Below are positions 36,710 through 51,509 of a DNA stretch of 64,000 bases, piece after piece (position 1 is the stretch's first letter; every line of letters begins with the position of its first letter). The notes under the pieces are model-generated. The model ran no database searches. It worked only from the letters and a program-made list of their open reading frames with translations, and was not told where the DNA came from. The stretch comes from Okamejei kenojei (taxonomy: Eukaryota): assembly GCA_035221665.1 (NCBI GenBank), contig CM069166.1, positions 9,238,001 through 9,302,000 on the forward strand, given 5' to 3'. The translations under genes and the position numbers were made by a program.

Positions 36710-38140
36710 AGTCAACCAATCCCTGCAAACCTGTACTGTCCCTGCCTGCTGCAAAGTCTCCACTATTGTCCCTGTACCCAAAAAGACAAGGATTACTGGT
36801 CTTAATGACTACAGGCCTGTCGCACTGACCTCTGTAGTCACGAAGACCCTTGAAAGACTTGTACTGGCCAAGCTGAAAAATATCACAAACACCCTGCTGG
36901 ACCCTCTGTAGTTTGCATATCAGGCCAATCGATCAGTGGATGAAGCAGTCAACCTAGGCCTGCACTTCATCCTCCAGCACCTAGACCACCAGGGACCTAT
37001 GCAAGGATTTTGTTTGTTGATTTTAACTCTGCATTCAACACTATTTTGCCAGAGCTACTACACTCCAAACTCTCCAAGTTGACTATGCCTGAACCCCTCT
37101 GTCAGTGGATCACCAACTTCCTGTCACACAGGAAGCAGAATGTGAGGCTGGGAAAGCACGTCTTGGACCCTTAGACCTTCAGAATAGGAGCACCGCAAGG
37201 CTGCGTACTATCTCCTCTCCTTTACTCTCTCTACACCAACGACTGCACCTCCACAGACTCCTCTGTCAAGCTTCTCAAGTTTGCGGACGACACAACCCTG
37301 ATTGGACTGATCCAGGATGGGGAGGAATCTGCTTACAGACAGGAAGTGATACGGCTGGCGTCCTGGTGCCTTCGTAATAACCTGGAGCTCAATGCTCTTA
37401 AGACAGTGGAATTGATAGACTTTAGGAGAACTCCCCCTCCCCTCGTCCCACTCACCATCAACATCACAGTCACATCTGTGGAGTCTTTTAAGTTCCTTGC
37501 AACCATCATCTCCAAGAACCTGGAATGGGTGGCCGCCATCGACTACACAGTAAAAAGGCCCAACAGAGGTACATCCTGTGGCAGCTGAGGAAACACAATC
37601 TGCCACAGGCAATGATGGTCCAATTCTATTCTGCCATCATAGTCTGTCCTCACCTTCACCATCATGGTCTGGTTTGGCTCAGCCGCCAAGCACGACATCC
37701 GAAGGCTGCAGTGAATCGTCCGATCAGCTGAGAAGGTTGTTGGCTGCAACCTCCCCCCCCCCCATTGATGAACTGTACACTGCAAGGGCCAGGAAGCAAG
37801 CGGGCAAGATCATCTCTGACCCCTCTCACTCTGGCCACTAACTCTTTGAAGCACTTCCCTCTGGAAGGCGACTCCGGACTGTCAAAGCCGCCACAGCCAG
37901 GCATAAAAACAGCTTTTTTCCCCCACGAGTAGTAGCTCTACTCAATAACCAAAAGTCTGTAGCCTCATTTTGCTCTGGTATTTTATTTAATTCACATGTT
38001 TAAACTCTGTTTTATTATTAATGTTTTATGTGTCATTCTTAATTGTCACTGTTTGTCGTGTTGTTACTTGCGAGCGGAGCACCAAGGCAAATTCCTTGTA
38101 TGTGTGCATACTTGACCAATAAACGTATTCATTCAATCAA
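36710..38140 (+). mobile_element. Rex1/Babar LINE, 5'-truncated RT pseudogene
   Basis: [68 protein letters not shown] motifs with stops and frameshifts; AATAAA plus ATTC-repeat tail. Confidence 0.92.
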
Positions 38141-40504
38141 ACAAAATCATATAATGCATTGAGCATGGTGGAGTGTCAGAGATCCCATAAATCAATAGAT
38201 GATTGATGCAGAAACATTAATTCGACGGCTCTCCCACAACTGCAGTGTGCAATCAAGATCCTGCTTCACCTCACTGTTTCTTGTGGAGCCCAGTGTATTT
38301 ATGTCTGCTTACACAACAACATTGTTCACTTTGTGATGCCCTGCAAAACTTGGGTGTATTCCATACAGTCTAAATGGCTACTGGGAAGAGACCTCTTCTT
38401 TCAGGTACACCAAAACCTCTTATTTGCAGAATCAACTGACTTTATAAATCATTTTAACTTTTAACAAATGGCTCTCAAAAGCCTCTCTCGCTCACAATAT
38501 GTATGATAGTTTGAGAAAGTAACAATTCGCCAATAAAAATTACCCAATGATCCTTATTCCCAATCTGTTGATTACCAAGTCGAAATACCAAGATTAATGG
38601 TTTAATGTTTAAGATACAAGCAGTAAAAATGCCTACCATAATTTTATTCATGCACAGATACATTGATGTTCCACGAGTTATGAATTGCTAACTGAAGTCA
38701 TTTGTGTCACATTTAAAATCCCAAGACAGTTTTCGCAGAATTTTCTTGAGGTTTCTGCTGATGTTTACCACTAACATTCCTCAGCTGCAGCAAACACTAC
38801 CCACACTCCACCTTCCAAATACTTTCCCCACTATGAAGTATTTTCTTAAAACACCATCACACTATTTGGATGGAATAACTGCTTGAAATGAAACTACTCA
38901 ATTTGCAGACAAGGGCAACAGGCTGAGATGAGTAAACAGCATTGTGTATAAGAGTGGATAGCTTGTTAGGATCATTAAAATCAAGTTGAAGATATATTGA
39001 CGAGGGAAATTAAAAAGATAAAGGGCTTTCTGATTGCATGTGGTCATGTTAATTATTTATGTCTTGTGATTTTCATTCTCATGTACTGGATCTGCTGTAT
39101 ATTTTCACCAGAGCTTTGTGGAAAAAAATCAGTAGGAATAGAATATTTATGAAAGTTATGGCAATAGTTTATCATGTGATTTTTGATGGGACATCTGGTT
39201 TAAATTGATCATTTTTGATGTATAGCCAACTTACCTGTGTAGGTGGTCACCAAAGCAATGAGGTATATTGCAGGCATAGAAATGTGCAAGATAATTCAGG
39301 GACCTATGCGGACCTGGACAGTCTAAAACTCAACCCAGCAAGCAAACACATTCTTGTTTGTAAACTTGTTTTATTTGAGAAATAATGAAAATAGAAAACT
39401 ATACAAAGTAAAAAAAATACATATAATTTAACCCCAAATATAGAAAGTCAACATGCATTGGATACATATTAAACGAGAAAGTAGAAAGAGTAAATAAAAT
39501 ATACCACAAAAGCTGCATTTCTGGTAACAAATATCCAGTTAATAGTTCATTTTGAAAGGGGCACACTTAACAAATGCTACAGTCATCAGCTAAGGATGTT
39601 GGCGAGTTCACTTAAGAACAACCTCTTCCACCGCATATTCAGGCAACGATGTTTAACAACTTTTTAAGTAACTTTCTGGGATTTCTGAGGCTAAGAGGCA
39701 GTTAAAAAACATCCATAAATGCATTTACTCAGCAGTTCACACTTCAAATAAAATCCAGCTTTATTGCAAACCAAGCCAAGTCTCTGTAATAACTGAAAAT
39801 ATTTAAACAATCCTAACTATGGTACATTTAGTTCTGAAAGATTGATTATGTACTTTATGCCTCAAATCTAGTTGAAGTAATGACGAGGCACATTTGGGAG
39901 AAGGGGAGGATATATCTAATTAGCCTTTGGAAATACCAATTCCCATGTACAAACTCAACATTATTGAGATCCACATGAATGCTGTATTGGGAACTCATTG
40001 CGGATTCAAGCGACTTGGAAAGGATGTGTTCAAATCTCCAAAGAAATGGTTTGCAGCCATGCCAATTCCAAAGCCCATTATCACTATGTTCCTGCTTGTA
40101 CTATCAACAGTTTGCAGCAAATAGATTGAGGGATAATTTCAATGGACTCTGCCCTTTGCATTCCTTCAAAGGTGACACTTCAACTCTTTGGGAGCAAAAA
40201 TAAACTATGGAATATTAAACGCTTGGATTCCAAGCACAGGCTAACATTCCTAATTTCCCAATAAACTGAATTCCACAATGCAAGAGACTGTGATGGAACC
40301 AAGTCATGCAACATTATAAGAATAGAAGAGTGGCAGTTGTCTAGAATGCCTGGGAGGGTAAAGGTTCCTAAATGATTCACTGGTTGGCTTGAGGGATGTC
40401 ATGATTAAGGAAAGAATGTGGTCTAATATCTCATGCTTACCAATACTATCAACATTCTTACGTCAGAGTCCAGCATTGACCTGTTATGAGAGTACAGGCA
40501 AATC

Positions 40505-40733
40505 TAAGGTAGACACAAAATGCTGGAGTAACTCAGCGGGACAGCCAGCATCTCTGGAGAGAAGGAATGGGTGGCGTTTCGGGTAGAGACCCTTCTTCAT
40601 ACTGAGACTGAGAAGGGTCTCAACTCAATACTTCACCCATTCCTTCTCTCCAGAGATGCTGCCTGTCCCGCTGAGTTACTCCAACATTTTGTGTCTACCT
40701 TCAATTTAAACCAGCATCTGCAGTTCTTTCCTA
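40505..40733. mobile_element. Penelope-derived palindromic mini-element
   Basis: About 100-bp arms in inverted orientation centred on two back-to-back degenerate CTGAAGAAGGG cores; flanks ACAG(G/T)CAAATC. Confidence 0.8.
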
Positions 40734-41148
40734 AACAGTCAAATCCAATTTGCTGTAGCCTCAAGAACACACCATTCAGTGCAATGGTGCAATTTTGCTC
40801 TCACGTATCCATCATTTGTCGCATGCAATACTGATTAGGGTTTTCTCCTGTTGTGAACGGGATAAAAATATCTGGAAGGGACTTCCAATTTTCCGAATGA
40901 TATACAAGCCCATTTCAGCCAATTGAATTGATGCTGGCTCAGAGTAACCAATTGCTCCTGTACCTACTTTCTCCACATTCTCATCAATTTTACAACCCAC
41001 CTACCCATTTGGGGCGATCTGTAGCAGCCAATTAACCTACCAACTGTGGGAGGGAACTGAAACACTTGGGGAAAACCACGTTCATAGGTGTAATATGCAA
41101 CCTCCAAACAGACAGTGCTGAAGATCAGGGCTAAATCCAGATCAATGG

Positions 41149-41352
41149 AGTAGAAAGGAACTACAGATGCTGGTGTATACTGAAGATAGACACAAAGCGT
41201 CAAGTAACTCAGCAGGTCAAGCAGCATTTCTGGAGAAAAAGGATGGATGATGTTGGGTCTGAAGAAGGGCCCCGATCCGAAGAATCACCCATCCTTTTTC
41301 CTCAGAGATACTGCCTGATCTGCTGAGTTGCTCCAGCACTTTGTGTCTATCA
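41149..41352. mobile_element. Penelope-derived palindromic mini-element inserted into an old HE1-type SINE
   Basis: Inverted arms; 12-bp TSD CCAGATCAATGG at 41137-41148 and 41353-41364. Confidence 0.8.
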
Positions 41353-44300
41353 CCAGATCAATGGTGCTGTGAGGCAACAGAATTAATCGCAGAGAAGCAG
41401 GCTCCAGCAGTGCCCCAAACTATCAATTGGGTTGGTTTCAATATTTATCCAGGCATGTTGGATCAAGAGGGAGGTACAGCAACTGAATAAACATTACACC
41501 ATTTGGAGCTTGTGTCTCCAAAGTATTCATTCAAATTTTAAAGGACAGCACCTCTGTTCAGGAGTGGTATGTTCTTATGTTTTTTTAAATACGATAACTA
41601 GTAGTTAACACATTTGCCACAGCAAGACCCCATGGAGTTTAACAGGACTATTATTAACCAAATGTGGTACTGTGGCAAATGTCAGTGAAGATGTTCAGAT
41701 GCTTGGCTAAGGGGTAGTTTGAGTTATAAACAACAAAATATAGAAGTTTATGGGAGGATTTTTATTATTTGAATGCCTGCCCGTTGACGGTGAACACGAT
41801 CAAGAATGGGTCAAGAAATCAGAATGCGAGTTTAAATACGTCAAAGCTGTCCAGCTCGGGAATACTTGAGTTGGTAGGCTATTAGTCATGTATGTGTTCA
41901 AAAAGAATTCAAAAATGTGTCTGTCAACTGGGAGTCAAAGGTAGGTCACCAACAAGAGTAACAGGCAAATGGGAATTCTTGCAAGATGAAATTTATTTTG
42001 GGTTTATAGAAATATGAATGAGCAAGAGCAGTCAGGATTGCATTGTTATCTTTCTTACCTCTGGAATGCTTATCACGTGTCTGGGTGGAGTTTGCATGTT
42101 CTCTGCGACTATGTGGGTTTCTTCCAGGTGCATCCATTTCCTCCCACAACCCAAAGACATGGTAGTTGACAGGATAACTTCCCAATGCAATTTAGTGCCA
42201 GTGGTGAGATGCAAGAGTAAAAGGGGAGGCGAGAAATAGTCGATGAACATGTGTGGGATGGACAGAGAGAAGGGGAGTGGACAGAGAGAAGGGGGGGAAA
42301 GAGTGAGCAAGAAAAGGGAGAGAAAGAAAGAATAAGAGAGTGAATGACATGGTCTTCATTGGGCCAAAGGGCCGAGCGCCTGTATTGTATAATTTCATGC
42401 AGAGTATTCTGTTCCTTGGAAAGTATAAGCCAATTATATAAAAATGTAATTGTGGTGTCTGGTAATATTGTCATGGGTGTCAATTTCATGAATCTATTTA
42501 AGCCAAGTGGCAACCCTTCTGAATGCCTTTGAACAGTTCTACGTTGTGGTATCTGGAAGTAAAATACATAACATGGACATGTATCGCTGCTTCCCATTTT
42601 AATAATGTATCAGCTCAATTAACTCAACTGATAAGAACAATGTGCCACTTTATTTAAGCTACAGGAACGAGTCTGTCTACAAACAAAGCAACTCAATAAC
42701 TGACACTTGGGTAACAGGCAATGTAAGGTGTTCTAAGGTCCAGTTGTTTAACAGCTGTTTTTACCAGAAATACAGCTTTCAATCTCATTTTATTAACTGC
42801 CAATCACTACGCAAGCTCTGCTTTTCTTTCATGCGATCCATATAAAACAGCTATTCCAAGCAACCAATCGATCCCTGTGACTCCAAAGTCAAAAGTAAAA
42901 TACATGTGTTTTAAAAGCAAAAAGAATGTTCACCATTACAAAACATGCAAGTCAAAATAAATAAGATATACAATTGCATACAAAACAGTTTTGGAACAGC
43001 AAATTTTTTTATCACAATAAATTGGAATACAATGTCCAGTTTCTTTTTCCAAAAAAAAAATCACATCTGTTTTGGCTTACAAATTTCTTTTTAAAAAGTA
43101 AAAAAACAAAGTAGCCAACGAGTGCTAAAGTTTTGACTGAGGGGCCAGCTATGCCAGCTCAAAGATAAGTTAAGGTTTCTGTTCTGCTACTTGGATTCAA
43201 ATGGATATTTAACGAAACACCATGTTTGATACCTTGATAACAATGTTACTTCTGGTTGAATGCAATGTATGAATCCAGACAAATATTGATTTTAAACATA
43301 GGGCTATGATCCACTCTGAAATCCTGCACCAACTACAAAGAAAGAATTGTAATGAGCCATTCCCAACCATCACCAGACTGGCAAGTGGTCAAGAGACTGG
43401 CAAGTGTGCACCATCCTTGATCCCACGTCAATTTAGATTTAAAGTGATATATTAAACTGTAGTAGCAAATGCACACTAATCAGGGCCTTTTTCAGAGACC
43501 ATACAGCACCATTCTCAGAATAATTCAACCCAATCCTAAAAAAGATTGCAGCACCAATTCCTATCCAAAAGACTAGGACTAGTTCCCAAATAGGCAAATT
43601 CAATTTGTTACAAAATATGGCTTCCACATAATTAACTTTTCTCCAAAAAATGCATTTTAGACTTGCGGCCAAGACTCTTTCAAAGGCAAATGTCCAGCCC
43701 CACAGTCAAAAAGACCTCCAGTGTAAGTATACCAACAAGAAAACTAACCACACCATCACAGAATTTGCCCCGGCAGAAATATCAAGGTTTGAAAACCTGC
43801 AGATTAAATATTTTTATTTATACACTTTTTTCTAAAAAAAGCAAGTCTCACCAGTGTTTAGAATCATGCATGTCACGTGTACAAATTTTAATGCACTTTA
43901 AAAAAAAATTAAAGAGTAAAGTTAAAGAATTTCAAAATGTTCAGTCTGAAATATTTATGAGCTGAAACGATGGCTTCAAATTTACCAACAAATCTGAATG
44001 GCTCAAATATCACCTGCCTTTAAAAGCAGAACCAATATTGCCATACTGGTCAATTTCTACAGGGACAAACAAGTGAGATTGTAACTTCCAATGGTGAAAG
44101 CAATCGCGATAAATATTCAGGGAAACGGGGTTTGATGCAAGTGCATTAAATCCACCAGACTTGAAATACTGTCACAAATCTCAATAAATTAAAGAAAGAT
44201 GCAAAGTCACATATAGTGATACTGTACATTACTTCACTTCCATAAGAATTTCACGAAAGGTTATTGACAGGTAAGAGAAGATTTTTACTTGCATGACAAG

Positions 44301-47300
44301 GGTGAAACTATTTATCCTTTTGTGTCAGATCACAAGGAGAGCAGTGGTTGGAAGAATTTAATACAAATGTAAGTGATGCAATACACACAATGGGTGACAA
44401 CTCCCCAAATAATTTGAATGTCAATAAAGTCATTTGTTCTTCTTTCACTCAATGACTTGTGCTCCATTATACATTCTTCTGCCTCGGGGGAATCAAAAGC
44501 TGATGGGAGCACCAATAACCTCTGGACAAAAATGCACAAAGAAATCGTTACTGCAGAAAATTCACACTCAGTGGGGGTTGCCATAAATTTCCAAAAGGTG
44601 GGAGCTGATCTGAAGAACAAAAATCAAATGCTCTCTGCATCATTGCAACTAAACAGTTTAAAACTTAAAATCTTCCTGTGGCATATAACGCAAGGAAATA
44701 TTCCAAAGTTTCAAAGCACAATTTGTATCTCTGCAAACCTTGCTGAAAATTCAACAGTAAAATATACTGTAATGACAATATGAACTGTAATAGGTGCATA
44801 TGTTGAGTACAAAGCCGGCCATTTAGATTGAAAATCTGATCACATCTTAATACACCGGCATAATACGATGTGTACATGGATGACTGCCCCAACAATCTGA
44901 AGCTGAAACCAATGCTTGGCACAGTAGAAAGGTTTGAGTTTTGAATATTAATCTGTGATGAATCAGTGGATTTGAACCAGAATATAACACCTGGCATTAT
45001 ATCACAAAATTCTCATTGGAAGACCAAGTCTCAAGCATTTCTGCATCACCCGAGTGAAAGTTCACACATCTACATAGGAATAGGGTATTGGAGATGAACT
45101 CAATCAAGCAATGCTGTGCTGCCTCTGGTAATCAAATTATCTTAACATCCAATATGGATATCTCGGAGCGCACGCTTGATAACTTTAAGCAGTGCGAGCT
45201 ACAGCAAAGCACGAAATATGAATTTAATCACAATGTTTCATCCAAAAAAATTTGTGACCCGTCATATCTAAGAATTTGAAATATTACTTAATTGCCAAAT
45301 TCAATAACGTAGAAATTTGAAGAATCACACAATATCCACGTGTCTGAACTCGTCTTCACAGGCAATTTACCCATTGTTGGCAGACAATTCACAAATTTTT
45401 ATACATCTTTGAAAAAATTGTTCCATGTACTCCAACCTTTTTGTTTTGGTTTAAATCGAGTTTGCTACATCGCAAAATGTTAGCTCTCTAAAATTAGGCC
45501 ATTGCCTTCTCACAAAATAAAGACAGATGGTGCAATATTACCAAGCTGTCCTGTACATTTAAAAATACTTCTCAATTGTATTTTATTAGATGTATTTACT
45601 AAAGCCAATGTGTTAACTCTGAAGGAAGCTTTTGGACTTCCCAACTCTGTGCAGTTTACATTGCCTCAACATCCAAACACATCTACGACCCAGCCCCAAT
45701 ACAAGATTTTATCTTGTACTTATATGATAATCACAGCAGGAACAATGTAATATGCAGCCGGCTGACCTCTCAGTTCCAAACTCTGCACTCTGTGGCTATT
45801 ACACAATTCAATCTGTAGAAAGGTACAGCTTACAACTAAAAAAAATCAACTCATCTCAAAGATAGCATTTGTGTAAGAAATCACAGCATCCAAAGACCAT
45901 ACATACCGTAACACGCTTGAACATTACAAAAATAAAACTGTTGACAATTATCTTGGATATATTAAATACACACAGCAAGAGCACCTTAATCGTTCTGTAA
46001 CCGAATCTTGAATGACCAACTAATGTACATAATGAAATTTACCCACTAAACTGGAGGTGCACATAATGTTAATTAGAAACCTTTTGCTCAATTATTCCTC
46101 ATCAGAATATCAATTACTGATATTTCAGTGGAAAAAATACTTTGATTTCATGACATTTGGATGGGTGGGGGGTGGGGGATAGAGAGCGTGAAAGGAGAGC
46201 AGCTAAAGAACTCCGAAGGTCAAAATTGAAGAGATGAAAAATTTGAAATGATCTACAAGACTAGAAAACAAGCTTCCAGAAAACTTGACCGCACTTTTCC
46301 ACATTTCAAAATTAGCTCGGTTACGAGTCAGCACTGCAGACAATTCCTCTGCAGTCAGTGGAAGCAATCAGGAACAAGGAAGAGGGGCCTTGGGTCAAGG
46401 GGTCCTGGCAACTTGCAGCCCTCAAACAATCTTCAGGGCAGAACTCTTGACTTAATGAAAGCCTGTGTATTAAACATATTTTAATGGTGTGCAACTTAAT
46501 AGGCAGATCACAGGATATGCTAGGATTTTGGTTCAAATGTTCAGCAATGACTCTTTGCTATGGGTAGTGACAATTAACAAAGTCTGACATGGTCATATAT
46601 GCACAACTGGTCTTTTCCGAAAATTATAGTTAAGTGGAAACATCTAGGTGGTAAATTACAAGACCATAATTTTTAAATTACGACTGACGCAAGAGAAAAT
46701 ATACAAGCATAAGTTAGAAATAACTGGCTCCAAGATTAAGGGACAGCCTTGCAACTAACTAACCGGGCGTTTTCTACAATAGTAAAAAATAATGGTACAT
46801 AATTAAATAGCTTACTTGCTTTAAATGCGAAATCTCACTGAGTCGACGGCCATGAAGGTGTAGCAGTAGAACGCAGGATGTTGATAATTTTTTGCCAATT
46901 GTAACAGTTGAAAAGGATAAAGATCTGTAGCCCACCAGGTTTTTTCTCCTCCTTTTGCTGTCCTCTTACTGTTTATATAATCAAATTTAGACAATGCACA
47001 TGTACCTTACTGCGCAAGAGTCCACAGTGCACATGGAGTTGGGGAATATCTTGAAACCTGCCCCTTTCACAGCAGATCTGTGTTAGCACCAACCATCTGA
47101 AATGCTACACGAACTGCACTCAGGTGAACGCCATGTTTTGTAAACAGCATTCCAAATGCATGTCCTGACCAGAAATCCTTCATACATTTTTTTTTAGACA
47201 GGTGAAGCAAATTTCATTTGCTGGTAGTCAAACGTCGATCTTTCAAAAGACGAGGTAGAAAAAAAAAACAATCCTGCTTTTTCCAAGAGCAAAACAATTT

Positions 47301-47638
47301 TCTCTGTTGAAGCTGCTTTCTAATTTAAGTGCAACTTAAGCTCTTTTTATGGCTTTCAATGGTCACTGTCAGCATTATTGCACTTTTTATATGCAGCTTA
47401 AACAGACTAGCGCTAGAATTTCTTCCAGACATGTTGTTCTTTTAACACAAGGAACTACTGGTAAAAAGCTCCATTAATCTGGCAAACTGTATGTATTGCA
47501 GTGATAATTAGAAGTCACTGGTTGTCGGTTGGAAACTACGATGGGTGGTTTACAGAGAGTACGTGGGGCAGAGGGGAAACAGACTTTGCCAGCGCCAGGC
47601 TAGCAACAGGCTCAATTACTGAAAGAATTGACGCTAAC

Positions 47639-47761
47639 CTGTTTCAGAGTCGTTGCTCTCAGAGGAGCTGGAGTCACTGCTACTGTCTGACTCAGAAGAA
47701 CTGCTGCTGCTTCTCATCCTTGAAGGGCCTCCCACATCCATGCTTACGTCATGCTTCTCAG
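47639..47761 (-). CDS. BRD4: BRD4 SEED (Ser/Glu/Asp-rich) exon
   Basis: 123 nt, phase 1-1; (A)EKHDVSMDVGGPSRMRSSSSSSESDSSSDSSSSESNDSET, matching mammalian [37 protein letters not shown]; tacag acceptor, G|GTTAG donor. Not in the ORF track. Confidence 0.92.
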
Positions 47762-48324
47762 CTGTACAAAGAGAATTATTGTGTAAGTAACAGGACTAAG
47801 TAATCTGCTAAACATCAATACTGAAACTAACTGGCTTATCTACAGTTTTAAGTTGCAATTTATCTTTGGGTTTTGTTGATTACTATCAATTATGGGCACT
47901 ACTTAAGACAATGTTGTACATTAATACATTACGAAGGAGTCTCAATTCTTACTTAATCTATTCTTAAAATGATTTAAACAAGTTCAATAATTGTCATTTC
48001 AACTCAATTTGTAGAATCAGCCAAAATGAAGTTAAACTGGTTAACCTCTAACTGTTCAAGTTAATTAGGTGTCAAACGCAATTTACTGCAAACCACCATC
48101 AGGGCACATATGAGCAAATGGACTCAATTCATAACGCTACTTCTCCCTGTAGAACATTACACAAACACTCATTTCATAACAAGCAAATTAAACATATTCT
48201 GTGTTAAAGAATGAAACTCTAAAATATTTAACCGATGGATAATTTAATAGTTTTCTCCTAATATAAGTGGATAGATAATAATAATTAAAGAAACAACAGA
48301 TGTATGACAAGGTCTATCACAAGG

Positions 48325-48865
48325 AAATTCAGTTCTGCTGCAATGTGATAATTGCGTTCAAACAAAATCTCGTGTCACAGAAAATCACGTTTTTAAAACA
48401 ATGTTGACAATGGAGAAAGGAGGGTCTGGGGCAAGAGCGTTTTAGATTCACAATAACCAAGTTACAAATGTGGGACATTTTAATATTGAAAACATTTTGA
48501 ATATTGAATGTTGAAAATATTAAAGTATCATAGAATGTCAATTTCAATGGATTTCAATATCATAGGATTATTTGTCAATTTCAATGGGTATCTGAGGTGA
48601 AACTTGAAAACTGTTCTTAAGACACAACGGCGTCTGATTATTGCAGGGAAGTTATGTGGAAACAGCAGACTATTTTTATTTTCCCCAAAGGGGCTTTCTT
48701 TTTCTGCATGTCAATTTCCAAAGTAACTTTTTAAGTGGTTCTCTAGTTCCCCATACAAATCATATAATAAAGTCAGCCTGTATAAAACTAATAATGTTCC
48801 CCAACTCATCAATTGTGTTCCATCCACTGAGTGGATGAAACACACGTTATAGCAGAATGACTTAC
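48325..48865. mobile_element. Old Tc1/mariner-like MITE (second copy at about 57700-58510)
   Basis: Ends GTTCTGCTG.AA.G.G / CG.T.TAGCAGAA; internal TGTCAATTTCCAAAGTAAC and TAATGTTCCC shared between the two copies. Confidence 0.55.
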
Positions 48866-49399
48866 ATTCACATTAAAGTTATTAATTTAAGCACAAGTTC
48901 AAATTCCGGGCTTATTGGATTCAATCATTGGAGAGTGCTTTTGAATCCTCCTCGTGGACGAATGAGGTCAAGGTTAAACACTGAGAATTATATTTAGGGA
49001 CTGGCCACATTGCAATTTATTTTCATACTTTGAATCAAAATGATTTTAGCAACGCACTACCCAGGTCCAATACAGCAACTTATGAGTCTTGATATTCCAG
49101 CAGCTTCATGAGCATTCATTTAGGGCAATCAAGTGTGCATGAGGAAGCTATGCTGAACCAACCCGAATGTCTTCACTCAATATAAAGCGACGATGAGCTC
49201 CTACTTTACCGCAGCCATCATACTTAGATTACTTAGAGCATTAAGAAAATTTTATTTTGACATACCTTCCCACTTAATTTAGTTTGCTTTACAATTTTGA
49301 CAAATACATTTTTTAATTCATTTCACACACATTCCACAATAACTAACAATTGTTACATTAATATGAATAAAGATTAGTCAACTGTTACATTAATATGAA

Positions 49400-49499
49400 T
49401 CAGTCTGAAGAAGGGTCTCGACCTGAAACGTCACCCATTCCTTCCCTGCAGAGATGCTGTCTGACCCGCTGAGTTAACCCAGCATTTTGTGTCTACCTT
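49400..49499 (+). mobile_element. Penelope-derived pLTR fragment with minimal hammerhead core
   Basis: CAGTCTGAAGAAGGGTCTCGACCTGAAACGTCACCC; TGAATCA on both sides. Confidence 0.72.
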
Positions 49500-50073
49500 T
49501 GAATCAAGATTAAGAGAGCAGGAGAGCACCCAGTCCCTCCAACAAGTTCATATTATTGCTTAATAGAATTAGTTTATTATTTTGTTTACACCAGCTCGTA
49601 AACCACATCCATGAAAATAATTTGGATGGGGATTCTGTGCATTCGATATACAAGGATATCCATGTCCCTTTGACTGCTTAAAAAATTCAGCATTTCTGAT
49701 TTTTCTACCAAAGCAGATAAGCACACATTTTTACACTTCCTATTCCAACTGCCAAATTACTTTGCTTGAGTCTATCACTTCTTCACATCCTCAGCACAAC
49801 TCACATCCACACTATTTAGTGTCATTAGATATGTTACATTTTGTCCCCTTGACTAAAGTGTAAAATAACAATTGTGGAAATTTGGGACCAAAGCTCCAAT
49901 TCCCATGGCACTCAATGAAAGGGAACAATTTATACCCACTGTGTTTTTTGCTGTCCAACTCTCAATTCAAGCTAGTCTATTGCTCCCAATTCCACGTGCT
50001 CAAACCTTTTTCGCCAACCCATTGAGTGGAAATCAGAAGCCTTCCAAAAATGCAAATGCCCAAATCACATCAA

Positions 50074-50384
50074 TCACGGTGGCACAGCGGCAGAGTTGCT
50101 GCCTTACAGCACTTGCAGCGACGGAGACCCGGGTTCGATCCCGCCTACGGGTGCTGTCTGTAGGAGTTTGTACGTTCTCCACGTGACCGCGTGGGTTTTC
50201 TCCGAGATCTTTGGTTTCCTGCCACAATCCAAAGACGTACAGGTTTGTGGGTTAATTAGCTGATATAAGTGTAAATTGTCACCAGTGTGTGTAGGATAGT
50301 GTTAATCTGCGGGGATTGGACTCGGTGTCGATGCGGACTCGGTGGGCTGAAGGGCCCGTTTCCGCCCTGTATTTCTAAACTAAA
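50074..50384 (+). mobile_element. HE1-type tRNA SINE, near full length
   Basis: A box TGGCACAGCGG, B box GGTTCGATCCC, central core, CTAAA tail. Confidence 0.88.
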
Positions 50385-51509
50385 TCTATACTAGATATTT
50401 CAAAACATTATGGAGTACAGAGGCAAATAATTAAATGATGGATCTTTGTCCCAAATATTATGGATGGCACTGTATATATCATCTTTATATATTATTCATT
50501 TTCAGGCATATTAACTCCATCTGTAAATTTCTATACTAATGTATTTTAGTTCCTCATTTGCATTGGACCCACAATATTTCTGGAAGATTTTTCATGTCCA
50601 TGACATCAAAATATTTGCTGAATTTGCCATTTCCGTATCCCCCCCCCCCCCCCCCCCAAGGAGCTAAACATTTCCAATTCAGATGAAATAATAGTAAAAT
50701 AGATAGAGGTTAATGTATGTGTGAAAAAAATGATTAAAAAAGTCAGGAGTTCACACAGTTGCACCACAGTTTGTGCACGTGCTGCGTAGCTCTGGCAAAA
50801 TAATTATTCATCATCTGAAGTTGTCTTCATTTAATCTCTTGTTAATTTTCATGAATTATAGATTTCTGTACATAATTTAAGTAATATATGGGTCTGAAAT
50901 CAAGAAGTGAGTAGATAATAGGGCAGTTTAAATGGTGGACATCACTGGAAATAGCCTGGTATTTTGTCCTATAGCTTCCAAACATAACTTTTCTCGGAGA
51001 CAGTTCATGTCATTTATTACTTAATGTAACAGAATTCAGGACTCTAATCATTCCCTTACTGCACCCACTCACATTGAAGTGAACAGTGGAACATAAAGAA
51101 CATTGTCTCCATTTATTGTTATCATGTTATAAACTTAAACAGGCCAGAAATTGTCCTTGAATCTACGTGAGCACAGTATAAGCATAATTGACTGCTAGAT
51201 GCAAGTAAGGCATAGGCCCAAATATCAGGTTACAGACAAGGCAATACTCATCAATAACATAATCTGATAAGGTAGTGCTGGCAATTCATGGAATTTACAA
51301 ATTTGTCCTTCAGCCTAGACAAGCTATGAATGATTTGCTGTCTCAAAAGTAACTTCAGGCAAAGTTCATTAGCCAGCAGTTCATTTCTTCTTCACAAGAG
51401 ACATAGATTTTCGCTGGTGAAACATTCACAGACGATGATTTGTGCAGGAGTAAATATTAATGAGTATTTATTTTTGTGTACTGACCAGGGTGTATACTTT
51501 TCTATGGTA

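Noticed and set aside
46810-46970. Possible extra BRD4 exon ending at a CAA|GTAAGC donor
   Set aside because: No convincing acceptor and no BET-like peptide in any frame.
50074-50150. tRNA gene
   Set aside because: The A and B boxes belong to the SINE head; no full cloverleaf, and the SINE body follows.
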